Source: an uncultured Gemmatimonadales bacterium
GTDB taxonomy: Bacteria; Gemmatimonadota; Gemmatimonadetes; Gemmatimonadales; GWC2-71-9
NCBI GenBank assembly: GCA_963842945.1
Contig: CAWJIM010000020.1
Span: 64,001 to 128,000, forward strand
Direction: 5' to 3'
Length of the DNA: 64,000 bases
Part shown: in pieces, positions 10,973 through 21,135 of the stretch
Numbering within the stretch: position 1 is the stretch's first letter
Layout: each line of letters begins with the position of its first letter
Made by a program: the position numbers and the translations under genes
Notes under the pieces: model-generated
What the model saw: only the letters and a program-made list of their open reading frames with translations
Databases searched by the model: none
What the model was told of the DNA's origin: nothing

Positions 10973-11172
10973 GCCTGGTCAGTCGCACGAGGATCACTGG
11001 CACCAGAGCGTGGAATACAGCCGCGGGCGATAACCCTGGCCAGTGATGACGGTCCGCTAGGAGCAGAGATGCGCGCCAGGGCTCAAACGACGGATTGCCG
11101 CTCGCGCATCGCTCGGTGTAGCTTCCCCCCGCCAGACCACAACCCTCACACTCAACCCACGTTGTCTCGCCT

Positions 11173-12670
11173 ATGCCGTTCGAGACTGCCTTAGCCCAGG
11201 CACAGGTCGCCGGCTATGAGACTCCGCTGCTGGCCATCGCGCTGCGGACGGGGCAAGCTGCCTCAGTCGCTGGACGCACTCGACAAGGGAACCGGCGGTG
11301 CGCTCGCCCGGGTGCTCTCCTCGGGAGACTTCGTGGGCAAAAAGGATGAGGTGGCGGTGTTGTACCCGACAGGGCCGGCCGCTCGGGTGCTGCTGGTAGG
11401 CCTGGGTAAGCCGGATGAGATCGATCGCGCCACCATCCGGCGCGCCGCCGCCATTGCAGCCAAGCGGGCACGGTCGATCGGCGTACCGCGCGCGGCATTT
11501 CACCTGCCGGCCGAATCCCGGGGAAAAGTGGCGCCGGAAGAAGCGGCGCAGGCCATTGCCGAAGGACTGGCGGAAGGCGCCTGGCAGTACAACGAGATGA
11601 AGCGGCGGGATGAGGAGAGCAAGAAACCGCAGCTCGAGCGGTTCGACATCCTGCTGCCCGGCTCCTCCAGTGCTATTCGGGACGGGCAGCGACTAGGCGC
11701 GGCCATCGGGGCAGGGCAGACGCTTGCCCGAGGCATTCAGGTGTTGCCGGGCAACATCTGCACGCCCACCTATCTCGCCAATGTGGCGCGGGACCTGGCG
11801 CAGCGGCACGGTTTCGAGATCACCGTGCTCGACAAGGCGGCCATCGTCCGGGAGAAGATGGGGGCGCTGATGTCGGTGGCCCAGGGCAGCGCCGAAGAGC
11901 CGCGCTTCATCGCGCTGGAGTACAAGGGCGCCGAAGGGCCCCCGGTGGTGCTGATCGGTAAGGGCGTCACCTTCGACACCGGCGGCATCTCGATCAAGCC
12001 GGCCCAGAACATGGAGGACATGAAGTACGACATGTCCGGCGCTGCCGCGGTGCTGGGCACGTTCGAGGCCCTGGGCCTGCTCAAGCCGAAGGTGCACGTC
12101 GTCGGCCTCATCCCCAGCACGGAAAACATGCCAAGCGGGACCGCGGTCAAGCCGGGTGACGTGGTTACCAGCCACCTGGGCAAGACCATCGAGATCATCA
12201 ACACCGATGCGGAAGGGCGGCTCATTCTCTGCGACGCCCTCTCCTACGCCCGCCGCTACCAGCCGGCCGCAGTGATCGACATCGCCACCCTCACCGGCGC
12301 CATCGTCGTCGCCCTGGGACATACCGCGGCGGGGGTCATGGGCAGCGACGAGCAATTGGTGGAAGAGGTGCGCGCGGCCGGAGAAAAGGCGGGGGAGCGG
12401 GTGTGGCCGTTGCCGCTATGGGAGGACTACCGCGATCTGATGAAGTCCGATATCGCCGACGTCAAGAACAGCGGCGGAAGGCCCGCCGGCAGCATCTCGG
12501 CCGGCTGGTTCCTGCGCGAGTTCGTGGATGGATTCCCCTGGGCCCACCTGGACATCGCGGGCACAGCGTACACCGACCGGGAGGAGCCCACCAGGGTAAA
12601 GGGACCCACGGGCATGGGGGTGCGGTTGTTTACCGAGTTTGTTCTCGCCCGTGGCGATAGGAAAGCGTAA
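11173..12670 (+). CDS. pepA: Leucyl aminopeptidase (M17), 5' frameshift
   Basis: GKGVTFDTGGISIK, MKYDMSGAA, NTDAEGRL, DIATLTGA. Confidence 0.95.
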
Positions 12671-12800
12671 GCGGTGAGCGGTGAGCGGAACGGCCGGTGA
12701 GCGGGGAGGACCACATCCTAGCGAGCAGGCTGGTGGCTGTTCGCTGCTCACGCTGCTTTCGTTTTTCTCCCGCTCACGCTGTTCTTCTCACCGCTCACGC
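12671..12800. repeat. Inverted heptamer arrays (GCGGTGA)n ... (TCACCGC)n
   Basis: gcggtga gcggtga gcggaac...ggtga gcgggga right after the pepA stop; tcccgctcacgc...tcaccgctcacgc at 12768-12800. Confidence 0.6.
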
Positions 12801-14573
12801 CTGTCGGCTCAATTCCCCGACGAAGAGGCGGAGGACTCCGCCTCAGCCGACTCCGCCGCCGCCGACACATTCAATACCACCGAGCGCTATCTCCGAGAGC
12901 AGGCGGAGGGAAATGTCCGCGTGCCGGTGCTTCCGTTCCTGAGGGTTGAGGGGCCCCGGCCAGCACTTACCCGGATTGTCTTCACCCGGGACTCGATCGA
13001 ATGGGGACATGCGGCCACACTAGGCGATCTTCTGAGCCAGGTCCCCGGGGTCTATCTCTGGCGCGGCGGTTACATCGGTCGGCCGGAGCCGGTGAACTTC
13101 CAGGGCCGGGGCGCCTCTTCGGTCGAGTACTTCCTGGACGGGATGCCCTATGTCGCGGCGGGAATCGACAGCGTGGCGGTGGATCCGGTTCTGATTTCTC
13201 TGGTGTTCCTCGATCGCATCGAGGTGGAGCGCTGGCCGGGCCAGCTTCGGGTCCATCTGTTCACCCGCCGCAACGAGCGGCTGGCCGCCCGGTCTCGCAT
13301 CGCGATTGCCCGGGGCGACAACAGCTTCGCCCGCTACGACGCCGCCCTGGAGCGCCGGTTCACTTCGGGTGTCGGCTTTACGCTCGCCGGGGATTATCTG
13401 AGCTCGCCCACCCAGGCCGTGGTCGGCAGCACCTACTCCAACACCCAGCTCTGGGCTCAGGGAAGTTATCACCCCACATCCTGGGTGGGTCTGCAGTATC
13501 AGCTGATTCGCACCGCACCTAACCGCCGGGCGTTCGTGATCAACGACGCCGGGGCGCAGGACACCATCGGTCCGGGCTACAAGGCCAAGCGCACGGATGC
13601 ACAGCTCCGGCTCTCGCTTCGCAAGGAGCTCAACGAGCTGGGTCCGCGAGCCGACATCGTGTATTCCCGCACCTCCTGGAACGGGGACGGTCTGGATCAG
13701 CAGATCGACCAGCTGGGCGGACTCCTCAGTTATCGGACCTCCCGGCTTTCATTGGGCGGCTCCGCTTTCCATCGCACTCGCTGGACACCGTTGGATGCTC
13801 GCGTGAATGCGGGACTCAACCCGGTCGGACCCTTCAGCGCCAGCGCGGAACTGGTACACCTGAGCCATTTCGGCGGCAGGGCCAGCGACTACGCCACTCT
13901 CGCCGGCGGACTGGAGCCGTTGCGAGGATTGGCGCTGACCGGCAGCGCGCGATTGGGCAAGGTCGTTGCCGCTCCTTCGATTCCCACCGATCCCGAACAG
14001 GATGTCCACGACCTGCAGGCGGCGCTGGGATGGAGCCGGGGGCGGTTGGGATTTCAGGTGTCCTACGCCCGCACCTCGGCTTTCAGCCCGCTCGGCTACG
14101 CCGATTTTCCTGAGGTTGCTCAAATCGGACCTTCGTCCAGTACGGATTGGATCACCGCGTCGGTCCGGATTGCGCCCCTGCAATGGCTAACCCTGGAGAG
14201 CTGGTACAGCGATCCGGTGGGCGATGTCGGCCCGGAAGGAATTCCTCCTACGCACTCGATAAGCGCGGCCACAATCAGGTCCAAATTCCTCCGAGAGTTT
14301 CCCAGCGGGATTTTCGACCTGAAGCTGCGACTCAGCTTGGAGAGCTGGGGGACCGGAGTGATCGGGCGGGATTCCGTGGGGACACCGATCGAATTGCACG
14401 GGGCAACCTTCCTGCGCAGCCTGGTTCAGGTGCAGCTCGACCGGTTCTACATCTACTGGGACCGAACCAACCTGGGCTCCACCGACCTGACCTACGTGCC
14501 CGGTTTTCGGATTCCGAGCTATGGCAGCAACTTCGGGGTGAGATGGGAGTTCGACAGATTAATTGGCGACTGA
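12681..14573 (+). CDS. TonB-dependent receptor plug-domain outer-membrane protein (start uncertain)
   Basis: TLGDLLSQVPGV..RGG...YFLDGMPY...LDRIEVER plug motif; near-terminal FGVRWEF beta strand. Confidence 0.7.
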   Translation: MSGTAGERGGPHPSEQAGGCSLLTLLSFFSRSRCSSHRSRLSAQFPDEEAEDSASADSAAADTFNTTERYLREQAEGNVRVPVLPFLRVEGPRPALTRIVFTRDSIEWGHAATLGDLLSQVPGVYLWRGGYIGRPEPVNFQGRGASSVEYFLDGMPYVAAGIDSVAVDPVLISLVFLDRIEVERWPGQLRVHLFTRRNERLAARSRIAIARGDNSFARYDAALERRFTSGVGFTLAGDYLSSPTQAVVGSTYSNTQLWAQGSYHPTSWVGLQYQLIRTAPNRRAFVINDAGAQDTIGPGYKAKRTDAQLRLSLRKELNELGPRADIVYSRTSWNGDGLDQQIDQLGGLLSYRTSRLSLGGSAFHRTRWTPLDARVNAGLNPVGPFSASAELVHLSHFGGRASDYATLAGGLEPLRGLALTGSARLGKVVAAPSIPTDPEQDVHDLQAALGWSRGRLGFQVSYARTSAFSPLGYADFPEVAQIGPSSSTDWITASVRIAPLQWLTLESWYSDPVGDVGPEGIPPTHSISAATIRSKFLREFPSGIFDLKLRLSLESWGTGVIGRDSVGTPIELHGATFLRSLVQVQLDRFYIYWDRTNLGSTDLTYVPGFRIPSYGSNFGVRWEFDRLIGD

Positions 14574-14595
14574 GGACTGACGACTGGCGACTGTG
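14568..14595 (+). repeat. Heptamer tandem array (GACTGNN)x4
   Basis: gactgag gactgac gactggc gactgtg. Confidence 0.6.
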
Positions 14596-14678
14596 CTCAC
14601 CATCACTGTCTCTCCAGACTCATCGGGTACCTTATAGGGGTACCACGATGCAGGGCGCCTTCAGCAGAGGAGAGAACT

Positions 14679-14885
14679 ATGTTCGGATTCGGCAACAGGA
14701 ACCGGGGCCGCCGGGTAAGGAACGATACGTTCAGCGGCAGCAGGCTACGGAATGCGGCGCTGGCCGGGGTTGGAATGCTGGCCTGGCGCTGGTGGCGGAA
14801 CCGGCAGGGAAACGCCGCCCGCCCCACGACCTATCAGGACACGTCCTTCAACGACACCTCGACTCGCTCAGCCGGGGCACTCTAG
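14679..14885 (+). CDS. Small basic hypothetical protein with one hydrophobic segment
   Basis: AGAGGAG RBS, 68 aa, followed by a strong hairpin. Confidence 0.6.
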   Translation: MFGFGNRNRGRRVRNDTFSGSRLRNAALAGVGMLAWRWWRNRQGNAARPTTYQDTSFNDTSTRSAGAL

Positions 14886-14911
14886 CAGCGCTAGAGCGTT
14901 TAGAATGTACC

Positions 14912-14948
14912 AGAGGTGGTGGTGCTAAGTTTCGGCACCACCACCTCT
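14912..14948. terminator. Perfect 14-bp hairpin between convergent genes
   Basis: agaggtggtggtgc-N9-gcaccaccacctct. Confidence 0.75.
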
Positions 14949-15020
14949 TGTGCATACGAGTTCAGGTTCCTTCGCATTCGCTCAGGGTGACCGACTCTGA
15001 CGACTGGGGACCGTGGACTC

Positions 15021-17094
15021 CTATAACCGATATCCTACTATCGTTCCCGGCCCAGTTCTCAGGAACAGCATGCCCGCGATGTCATCCACCGCGTAGACCG
15101 GCTCCTTCTCTTTCCCCAGATCGATTCGCCCGCGCGGCTCGGCGCTCACCTTGTCGATCTGAAGCAGCACGTTGCCTTTACCTTCGGGCGACTTGGTCAG
15201 CATGAACACCGAGCTCGGGACGGTGAGCGAGGCCTTGAAGCGCCTCGTCGCCATGGCGGCTGACTGGCGGGCGTATCCCTGGAGCTGGGCTCCGCCCTCA
15301 GAGTACGCGGTAGCCAGCTGGCTGGTAATCTGTTTCGTGGTCGCATCCGTGGCGCGGCGCGACGCATCCGCAAAGGCATCGCCATAGGCGGAGGCTGCCG
15401 CGCCGTAGAGTCCTGCGCGGACGGCATTGATGCCATGCAGCGCGCGAAGCAGACCCGACAGTTGGGGAGCAGGGTAGTAGACCTGCTTCTTCACCTGACC
15501 GTCCCGTCCGAGAATGACCAGGTTCTGAGGGGCGATGAGCACAATGCCCTCGCGCCTGATCTCCATGTCGATCGGATCCTCGCCGCCATCCAGCTTGATT
15601 TCGCCGCCGCGGGGCTCGAAGGTGCCGGTCTCGCGATCCACCGCATAGAGCTGGCGGTTCTTGTTGGCGAAGACGTACATCGTCCGGCCCTCGGTCGCAT
15701 GCAGCAGCCGGTAACGATCGGCATTGTAGCCGGTCGAACTCATCGGTTTCCCACTCTCGATGGCATCCTTGTATCCCCGCTCGCCGGTGTTCAGGTCGAT
15801 GAAGTTCACCTCGGCATTGGTGGCGGCGTCCGGCCGAGTCACATAGAGCAAACCGGAGCGACCCAGCTCGGCATAGTCCAGCTGGCCTTTGATCTTGACG
15901 TCCTTCTTCAGCCGCAAGGTCGCGCTGGCGACATCGAGCACATTGAGGAACGTCTTCGACTCGGCATCGACCGCGAGCACTGCCGACTCTCCGGTCACGA
16001 GGGCATCGGTGACATTGCCCCGCATCTTGACCGGCTTTGCGGCGATGGTTTTCCCGTCCTCGTAGCGGGCCACGTTGAGGCCGGTCTGTACCACTCCATT
16101 GGATACCGTTCGGCTGCCGGAAAGCTCTCCCTCCGGTGCGGCTTCCGGGCAGAATGATGATTCCCGCCGGGTGCTGTACGATGTCATGAATCCACCCATT
16201 GACCGTGGCCGGCTGGGCCCACAGCGGTTTGCCATCGCTCAGGTGATAAGCCATCAGCCGGTCGTCGAAGCTCACATAGATGCGGTCCTTCTTGTCGATC
16301 GATGGGTAAAGCCGGACATGCTTTGCCGGATTGCCGGCCCGGGCTGTGGGCAGTGCGGCAGACCAGCGCATGTTCCCGCTCCGCGCGTCCAGTCCCCGGA
16401 GGCCCATCAGCGTGTGCACCACGATCATATCCGGTCCGGCCTGCAGCACCTCGAGAGCGGTGGCCTCCGAGACTTTCTGGACCAGACCCTGGACCAGCCC
16501 ACCGAGCCCTTTCTTCTTGGGCTCGGTCTGAACGAACAGCGACTCGCTGGCCCAGCGCTGATCCCCGCTTACCAGGTCGTATAAGGCAACAACTGGCGGG
16601 CCGGACGGTCGGCGACCATGCACCAGCAGCGTGCCGGTCTGTGGCAGAACGCGACGGGTGACGACATCCGCCAGTCCCAGGCGTCGGGAATCGAACACCA
16701 CGGAGCCGGTCACTGGATCAAAGACCAGAAGCAGGCCGGGTCGAGCCGCCTCCATGAGGATGGAGCCCTCGACAATCCGGACGCTGTCCGGCGGCAAGCC
16801 GCCCAGCTCGGGCTTCTCCCAAATGACCTGTCCCCGATCGATATCGATGCCGGTGAGGGCGTCGTCGGTGGAGATAAGCAGCGTTCCTGCGGGCGTAACC
16901 TGCTGCCACCGGAGGTCCTGCTTCAGCTTCAAGGTCCACACCGGGTTCGCCTTGCCCGGCGCGGCCGGGACGGCAACCCGGGCGGCGGCCGACGTGACGG
17001 TTTGCCCCTGGGCAGCTCCGGTCAGTAGTGAAATCAGGAGAAGCGTCAGGCCGGTCCTGAGCAGATAGGATGGAATGGTCCGTTGAACGGTCAC
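15021..17094 (-). CDS. Secreted PQQ-like beta-propeller repeat protein (frameshift near 16150)
   Basis: Signal peptide; repeated GIDIDRGQVIWE / LYDLVSGDQRWA / GLDARSGNMRWS blades; ORFs 15298-17094 and 15021-16235. Confidence 0.7.
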
Positions 17095-17157
17095 GGCAGT
17101 CCTCGGTGCGGCGGTCTGGGGGGAAGGCGGGCCGTTCGGGGGCAGATGCTGTGCCAG

Positions 17158-17235
17158 TGGAGCTGGGAGCTAGAAGCTGGGAGCTAGAAGCGTGTCACCA
17201 CCAACCTCTCGGCTCCTAGCTCCAAGCTCCTAGCT
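17158..17235. repeat. Inverted heptamer arrays (AGCTRGR)n ... (AGCTCCW)n
   Basis: agctggg agctaga agctggg agctaga agc, 19-nt spacer, ggctcct agctcca agctcct agct. Confidence 0.8.
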
Positions 17236-17263
17236 GGATTAACTTTCTAGGCTGTTCCGGCTC

Positions 17264-18151
17264 ATGGGAGGACGCTTGCCGTACAGCATGACGGGTTTCG
17301 GCGCGGCGGAGGGCCCGGTGGCCGGACGACGGCTTCGGGTCGAGATCCGAACCGTGAACCATCGCTACTTCAATCTTTCGGCGAAGCTCCCCGGCGATCT
17401 CAGCGCCCTCGAGGTGGAGGTGCGCGATCGGTTGCGGCGCGACTTCGACCGGGGGCACGTCACCGTGCAGGCGCGCTGGACCGAGATCCTGGAGGCGGAT
17501 CCCGGATTCGGTCTCGACCTCGAGCGGGCACGACTGGTCGCCAGTCGGCTTCGGGAAATGCAGTCGGCTCTGGGCCTGGGCGGTGAAGTGACAGTCGAGC
17601 TGGTCGCGCGGCAACCCGACGTGCTGACCCACGCGAGTAATGGCTCGGTCGAGGTGCCGTGGAGCGAGGTCGAGCCTGTGGTTGCGCAAGCCGGCCAGGA
17701 ATGCCGAGCCATGCGGGCTCGTGAAGGCGCCGCGCTAACCGCCGAGCTCCGTCATCGATTGGACTTGCTGGAGCAAGCGGCACAGCGGATCGCCGACCGC
17801 GCGCCCGAACGGCTGGTGCGCGAGCGAGACCGGCTCCGCGGTGCGGTGGCTCAACTGCTCGACGGCAGATCGGTGGATGAGGAGCGGTTGGCCCAGGAGC
17901 TCGCCTTCCTGGCGGACAAGCTGGACATCACCGAAGAGCTGGTACGGTTCAAGGCCCATGTGGCAGCCGTGCGGGACGCGCTGGCCAGCGATGCGCCCAT
18001 CGGAAAGCGACTCGGGTTTCTGGCGCAGGAGCTGGGGCGCGAGGTGAACACGATGGGCTCCAAGGCGGGTGACGCGGAGATCGCCCAGCTGGTCGTGGCG
18101 ATGAAGGGCGAGCTGGAGAAATTCCGGGAACAGCTCGAGAATCTCGAGTGA
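17264..18151 (+). CDS. yicC: YicC/YloC-family endoribonuclease
   Basis: SMTGFG, EIRTVNHRY, DITEELVR, GKRLGFLAQELGREVNTMGSK, REQLENLE. Confidence 0.92.
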   Translation: MGGRLPYSMTGFGAAEGPVAGRRLRVEIRTVNHRYFNLSAKLPGDLSALEVEVRDRLRRDFDRGHVTVQARWTEILEADPGFGLDLERARLVASRLREMQSALGLGGEVTVELVARQPDVLTHASNGSVEVPWSEVEPVVAQAGQECRAMRAREGAALTAELRHRLDLLEQAAQRIADRAPERLVRERDRLRGAVAQLLDGRSVDEERLAQELAFLADKLDITEELVRFKAHVAAVRDALASDAPIGKRLGFLAQELGREVNTMGSKAGDAEIAQLVVAMKGELEKFREQLENLE

Positions 18152-18840
18152 AGCCGTTTTTCCTGGTGCTTTCTGCGCCGTCAGGCGGCGGAAAAACCAC
18201 GATTGCCAAGATGCTGTTGCAGGGGCGGGAGGATCTCGGCTACTCGGTCTCGGCAACCACGCGGCCCAAGCGCCCCGATGAACGGGACGGCCTGGACTAC
18301 CACTTCCTCTCCCGCGACGAGTTCATCCGCCGGCGCGATCAGGGAGAATTCCTGGAGTGGGCCACGTACGGTGGCGAGCTCTATGGAACGCTCAAGAGCG
18401 AAATCGAGCGGATTTTTGTCAGCGGCCGAAACGCGGTGCTCGATGTGGAGATCGAGGGCGCCCGGCAGATCCGCAAGAACTTTCCGAATTCGCTGCTGCT
18501 CTTCGTTCTGCCGCCTTCGGCCGATGCACTGGTAGAACGGCTGACCGGCCGGAAGACAGAGGATCCCGAGCTGATGCGGGCGCGGATTTACCGGGCGGCG
18601 GACGAGCTCGTGGCGATCGCGGAATACGATTACGCCATCTACAACGAAGATCTGGTCGTCGCGGTTGCCCAGGTCGCCGCTATTCTGGAAGCGGAGTCCT
18701 GGCGAGTGGCCAGGCAGGACACCTTGCCGGATTTCATCGAGAAGCTGCGGCGGGACGTGGTCAAGGCGGCGGAGAAAATTGGAAGGGGTCAGCGAGTCAC
18801 GAGTCACGAGTCACGGACTAGCGCGCGACTCCGCTCCTAG
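18148..18840 (+). CDS. gmk: Guanylate kinase
   Basis: SAPSGGGKTT, SVSATTRPKR, DGLDYHF, FLEWA, YGT. Confidence 0.95.
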   Translation: MKPFFLVLSAPSGGGKTTIAKMLLQGREDLGYSVSATTRPKRPDERDGLDYHFLSRDEFIRRRDQGEFLEWATYGGELYGTLKSEIERIFVSGRNAVLDVEIEGARQIRKNFPNSLLLFVLPPSADALVERLTGRKTEDPELMRARIYRAADELVAIAEYDYAIYNEDLVVAVAQVAAILEAESWRVARQDTLPDFIEKLRRDVVKAAEKIGRGQRVTSHESRTSARLRS

Positions 18841-18883
18841 GCAGTAATTCTGACTCGCGACTCACGACTCGTCGACTCGCGAC
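18794..18883. repeat. Inverted heptamer arrays (GAGTCAC)x3 ... (YGACTCR)n at the gmk/rpoZ junction
   Basis: gagtcac x3 at 18794-18814; tgactcg cgactca cgactcg tcgactc gcgac at 18851-18883. Confidence 0.8.
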
Positions 18884-18889
18884 ATTAAC

Positions 18890-19114
18890 ATGGAGCAAGA
18901 CATGCGCATAATCACCCCCAGCGAAGTCGCCAAGCAGGCGGGCAACAAGTACCTCGGCGTTCTGGTCGCCGCCAAGTTCGCCCGCTATCTCAACGAGTTC
19001 CCCAAGGACCACCAGGCCCGGTCAAGCGAGAAGCTGACCACCAAGGCCATGCAGGAGCTCGTCGACGGCGAGCTGAACTACAAGCTCCTTCGCCGCCGCC
19101 GCTCAGAGGCGTGA
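18890..19114 (+). CDS. rpoZ: RNA polymerase omega subunit
   Basis: NKYLGVLVAAKFAR, KLTTKAMQEL; lies between gmk and coaBC. Confidence 0.85.
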   Translation: MEQDMRIITPSEVAKQAGNKYLGVLVAAKFARYLNEFPKDHQARSSEKLTTKAMQELVDGELNYKLLRRRRSEA

Positions 19115-20310
19115 CCGTGTGGGCCGGCCGACGCGTCGTCCTCGGCGTGTCCGGCGGTATCGCCAGCTATAAGAGCTGCATTCTCGCCCGGCGTCTCACC
19201 GAGGCCGGCGCCGAGGTCGAAGTGGTGCTGACCAAAGGGGCTGGGGAGTTTGTCGGTCCAGTCAGTTTCGAGGCGCTTACCGGGCGCCCGGTCCTGAGCT
19301 CACTCTGGGAGCGGGGCAGGGCGCTCGCGCATATCCAGCTCAGCCAGGCCGCCGACCTCATCATTGTCGCGCCGGCCACCGCACACCTGATCGCCCGCGC
19401 CGCTCAGGGGCTGGCCGACGATATCCTGACCACGCTGCTCCTGGCGCGCACGGCGCCTCTGCTTCTGGCTCCGGCGATGAACGACGAGATGTACGCCCGC
19501 CCCGAGACGCAGGCCAACCTAGAGAGGCTGCGGGCGCGGGGAGTGACGCTGGTGGGACCTGAGATCGGCGCCCTGGCTGAGGGCCCTTCGGAGCGTCCCG
19601 GCCGGATGAGTGAGCCCGAGACCATCATGGCTCATGCCGCCCGTCTCCTGAATGGCGGCCACCTCTCGGGCCGCAAGGTCATTGTAACCGCCGGCCCGAC
19701 CCGCGAGTCGATCGATCCGGTTCGCGTGGTGACTAATCGGTCGAGCGGCAAGATGGGCTTCCGGGTGGCTGAGGCGGCGTGGGAGCGAGGGGCCGACGTG
19801 GTCCTGATCAGCGGCCCCGTCGCGCTACAGGATCCGGTCGGGGTGGTCGTGCGCCGGGTGGAGACGACGCTCGAGATGGAGCAGGCGGTCCGGGCGGAGC
19901 TTCCCCAGGCCGACGTGCTGATCATGGCCGCGGCGCCCGCCGACTTTCGTCCCACCAGTCCCAGCGACGGCAAGCGCCCGCGGGTAGATGGCGCCCTGGC
20001 TATTCCCATGGAGCCCACCGGTGACGTGCTCGACTCCACCCGGGGCCTGCGGAAGCCCGGCAGCCTCATCGTCGGCTTTGCTCTGGAGACGGGCGACGCG
20101 TTGGCCAAGGGCCTGGCCAAGCTGGAGCGGAAGGGACTGGATCTGGTCGTGGTCAACGATGCGCTCGAGCCCGGAGCCGGGTTCGAGAAGGACACCAATC
20201 GCGTCGCCCTTCTCGGCCGGGACGGTACCCGGCAGATTCTGCCGCTCCAGTCCAAGCGTGAAGTTGCCGAGTCGATCCTCGATCGGGTGGAGCAGACCAT
20301 TGGCCGGTGA
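19111..20310 (+). CDS. coaBC: Bifunctional phosphopantothenoylcysteine decarboxylase/synthetase
   Basis: GVSGGIASYK, APAMN, TAGPTRESIDPVRVVTNRSSGKMG, VGFALET. Confidence 0.95.
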   Translation: MTVWAGRRVVLGVSGGIASYKSCILARRLTEAGAEVEVVLTKGAGEFVGPVSFEALTGRPVLSSLWERGRALAHIQLSQAADLIIVAPATAHLIARAAQGLADDILTTLLLARTAPLLLAPAMNDEMYARPETQANLERLRARGVTLVGPEIGALAEGPSERPGRMSEPETIMAHAARLLNGGHLSGRKVIVTAGPTRESIDPVRVVTNRSSGKMGFRVAEAAWERGADVVLISGPVALQDPVGVVVRRVETTLEMEQAVRAELPQADVLIMAAAPADFRPTSPSDGKRPRVDGALAIPMEPTGDVLDSTRGLRKPGSLIVGFALETGDALAKGLAKLERKGLDLVVVNDALEPGAGFEKDTNRVALLGRDGTRQILPLQSKREVAESILDRVEQTIGR

Positions 20311-21135
20311 ATGGGAGCGGTATCTGCGGCAGCAGATTGAGCTGGGGGGTGCGGAGGTCGTGGTGTCCACGGCGGGGCGGCGGGGCAGCGGGGCAGCGGG
20401 GCAGGAAGCACAGCAGTGCAGCAGGGCACAGGGCGGTAACGCGGACGAGAGCATCTGGGGCCGCACCGCCGCCTCGCGGTCCCGCTGCCCCGCTGCCCCG
20501 CTGGAAGCAGGGCTGCCCACCCATTCCCGGTCCCGGGCTCGCCGTCGAGTCGCCGAGTCATGTGCTCGACGATGAGCTGGTTGCGCTGGAGACGCTGGAG
20601 GAAGTCGCCGAGCGGATCCGCACGACGCATTGTTGTGCGCTTGTGTCCCAACCGGACCAACGCGGTTCCCGGTGAGGGAAATCCCCGGGCAAAACTCTTT
20701 CTGGTGGGTGAGGGCCCGGGCGCTACCGAGGACGCGCAGGGCCGCCCCTTCGTGGGCCAGGCGGGAAATCTGCTCAACGGCATTCTGGAGGCCATTGAAG
20801 TCCCCCGCGACTCCGTCTACATCACCAACATTGTCAAGTGCCGACCGCCCCAGAACCGAAAGCCCTTGCCCGATGAGATCGCGGCCTGTATTCCATATCT
20901 ACATCGCCAGATCGAGATCGTTCAGCCGAAGGTAATCGTGACCCTCGGGAGCACTGCGGGCGAGGCGATGCTGGGGGTGAGAAAGAGTCTGGGGGAACTG
21001 CGCGGCAAGGTGCACACGTACAACGGTATTCCGCTGGTCGTGACGTATCATCCCGCGGCACTGCTCCGCAACCCGAACTGGAAGAAGCCTACCTGGGATG
21101 ACGTCCGTATCGCACGACAACTACTCGACCGCTGA
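20300..21135 (+). CDS. Family 4 uracil-DNA glycosylase with N-terminal extension (frameshifted)
   Basis: VGEGPG, GRPFVG, NIVKCRPPQNR, TYHPAALLRNP; N-terminus MAGEWERYLRQQIELG. Confidence 0.9.
20372..20503. repeat. Inverted octamer arrays (GCGGGGCA)n ... (TGCCCCGC)n inside the UDG linker
   Basis: Four GGGG units at 20374-20401; cccgctgccccgctgccccgctg at 20481-20503. Confidence 0.8.
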
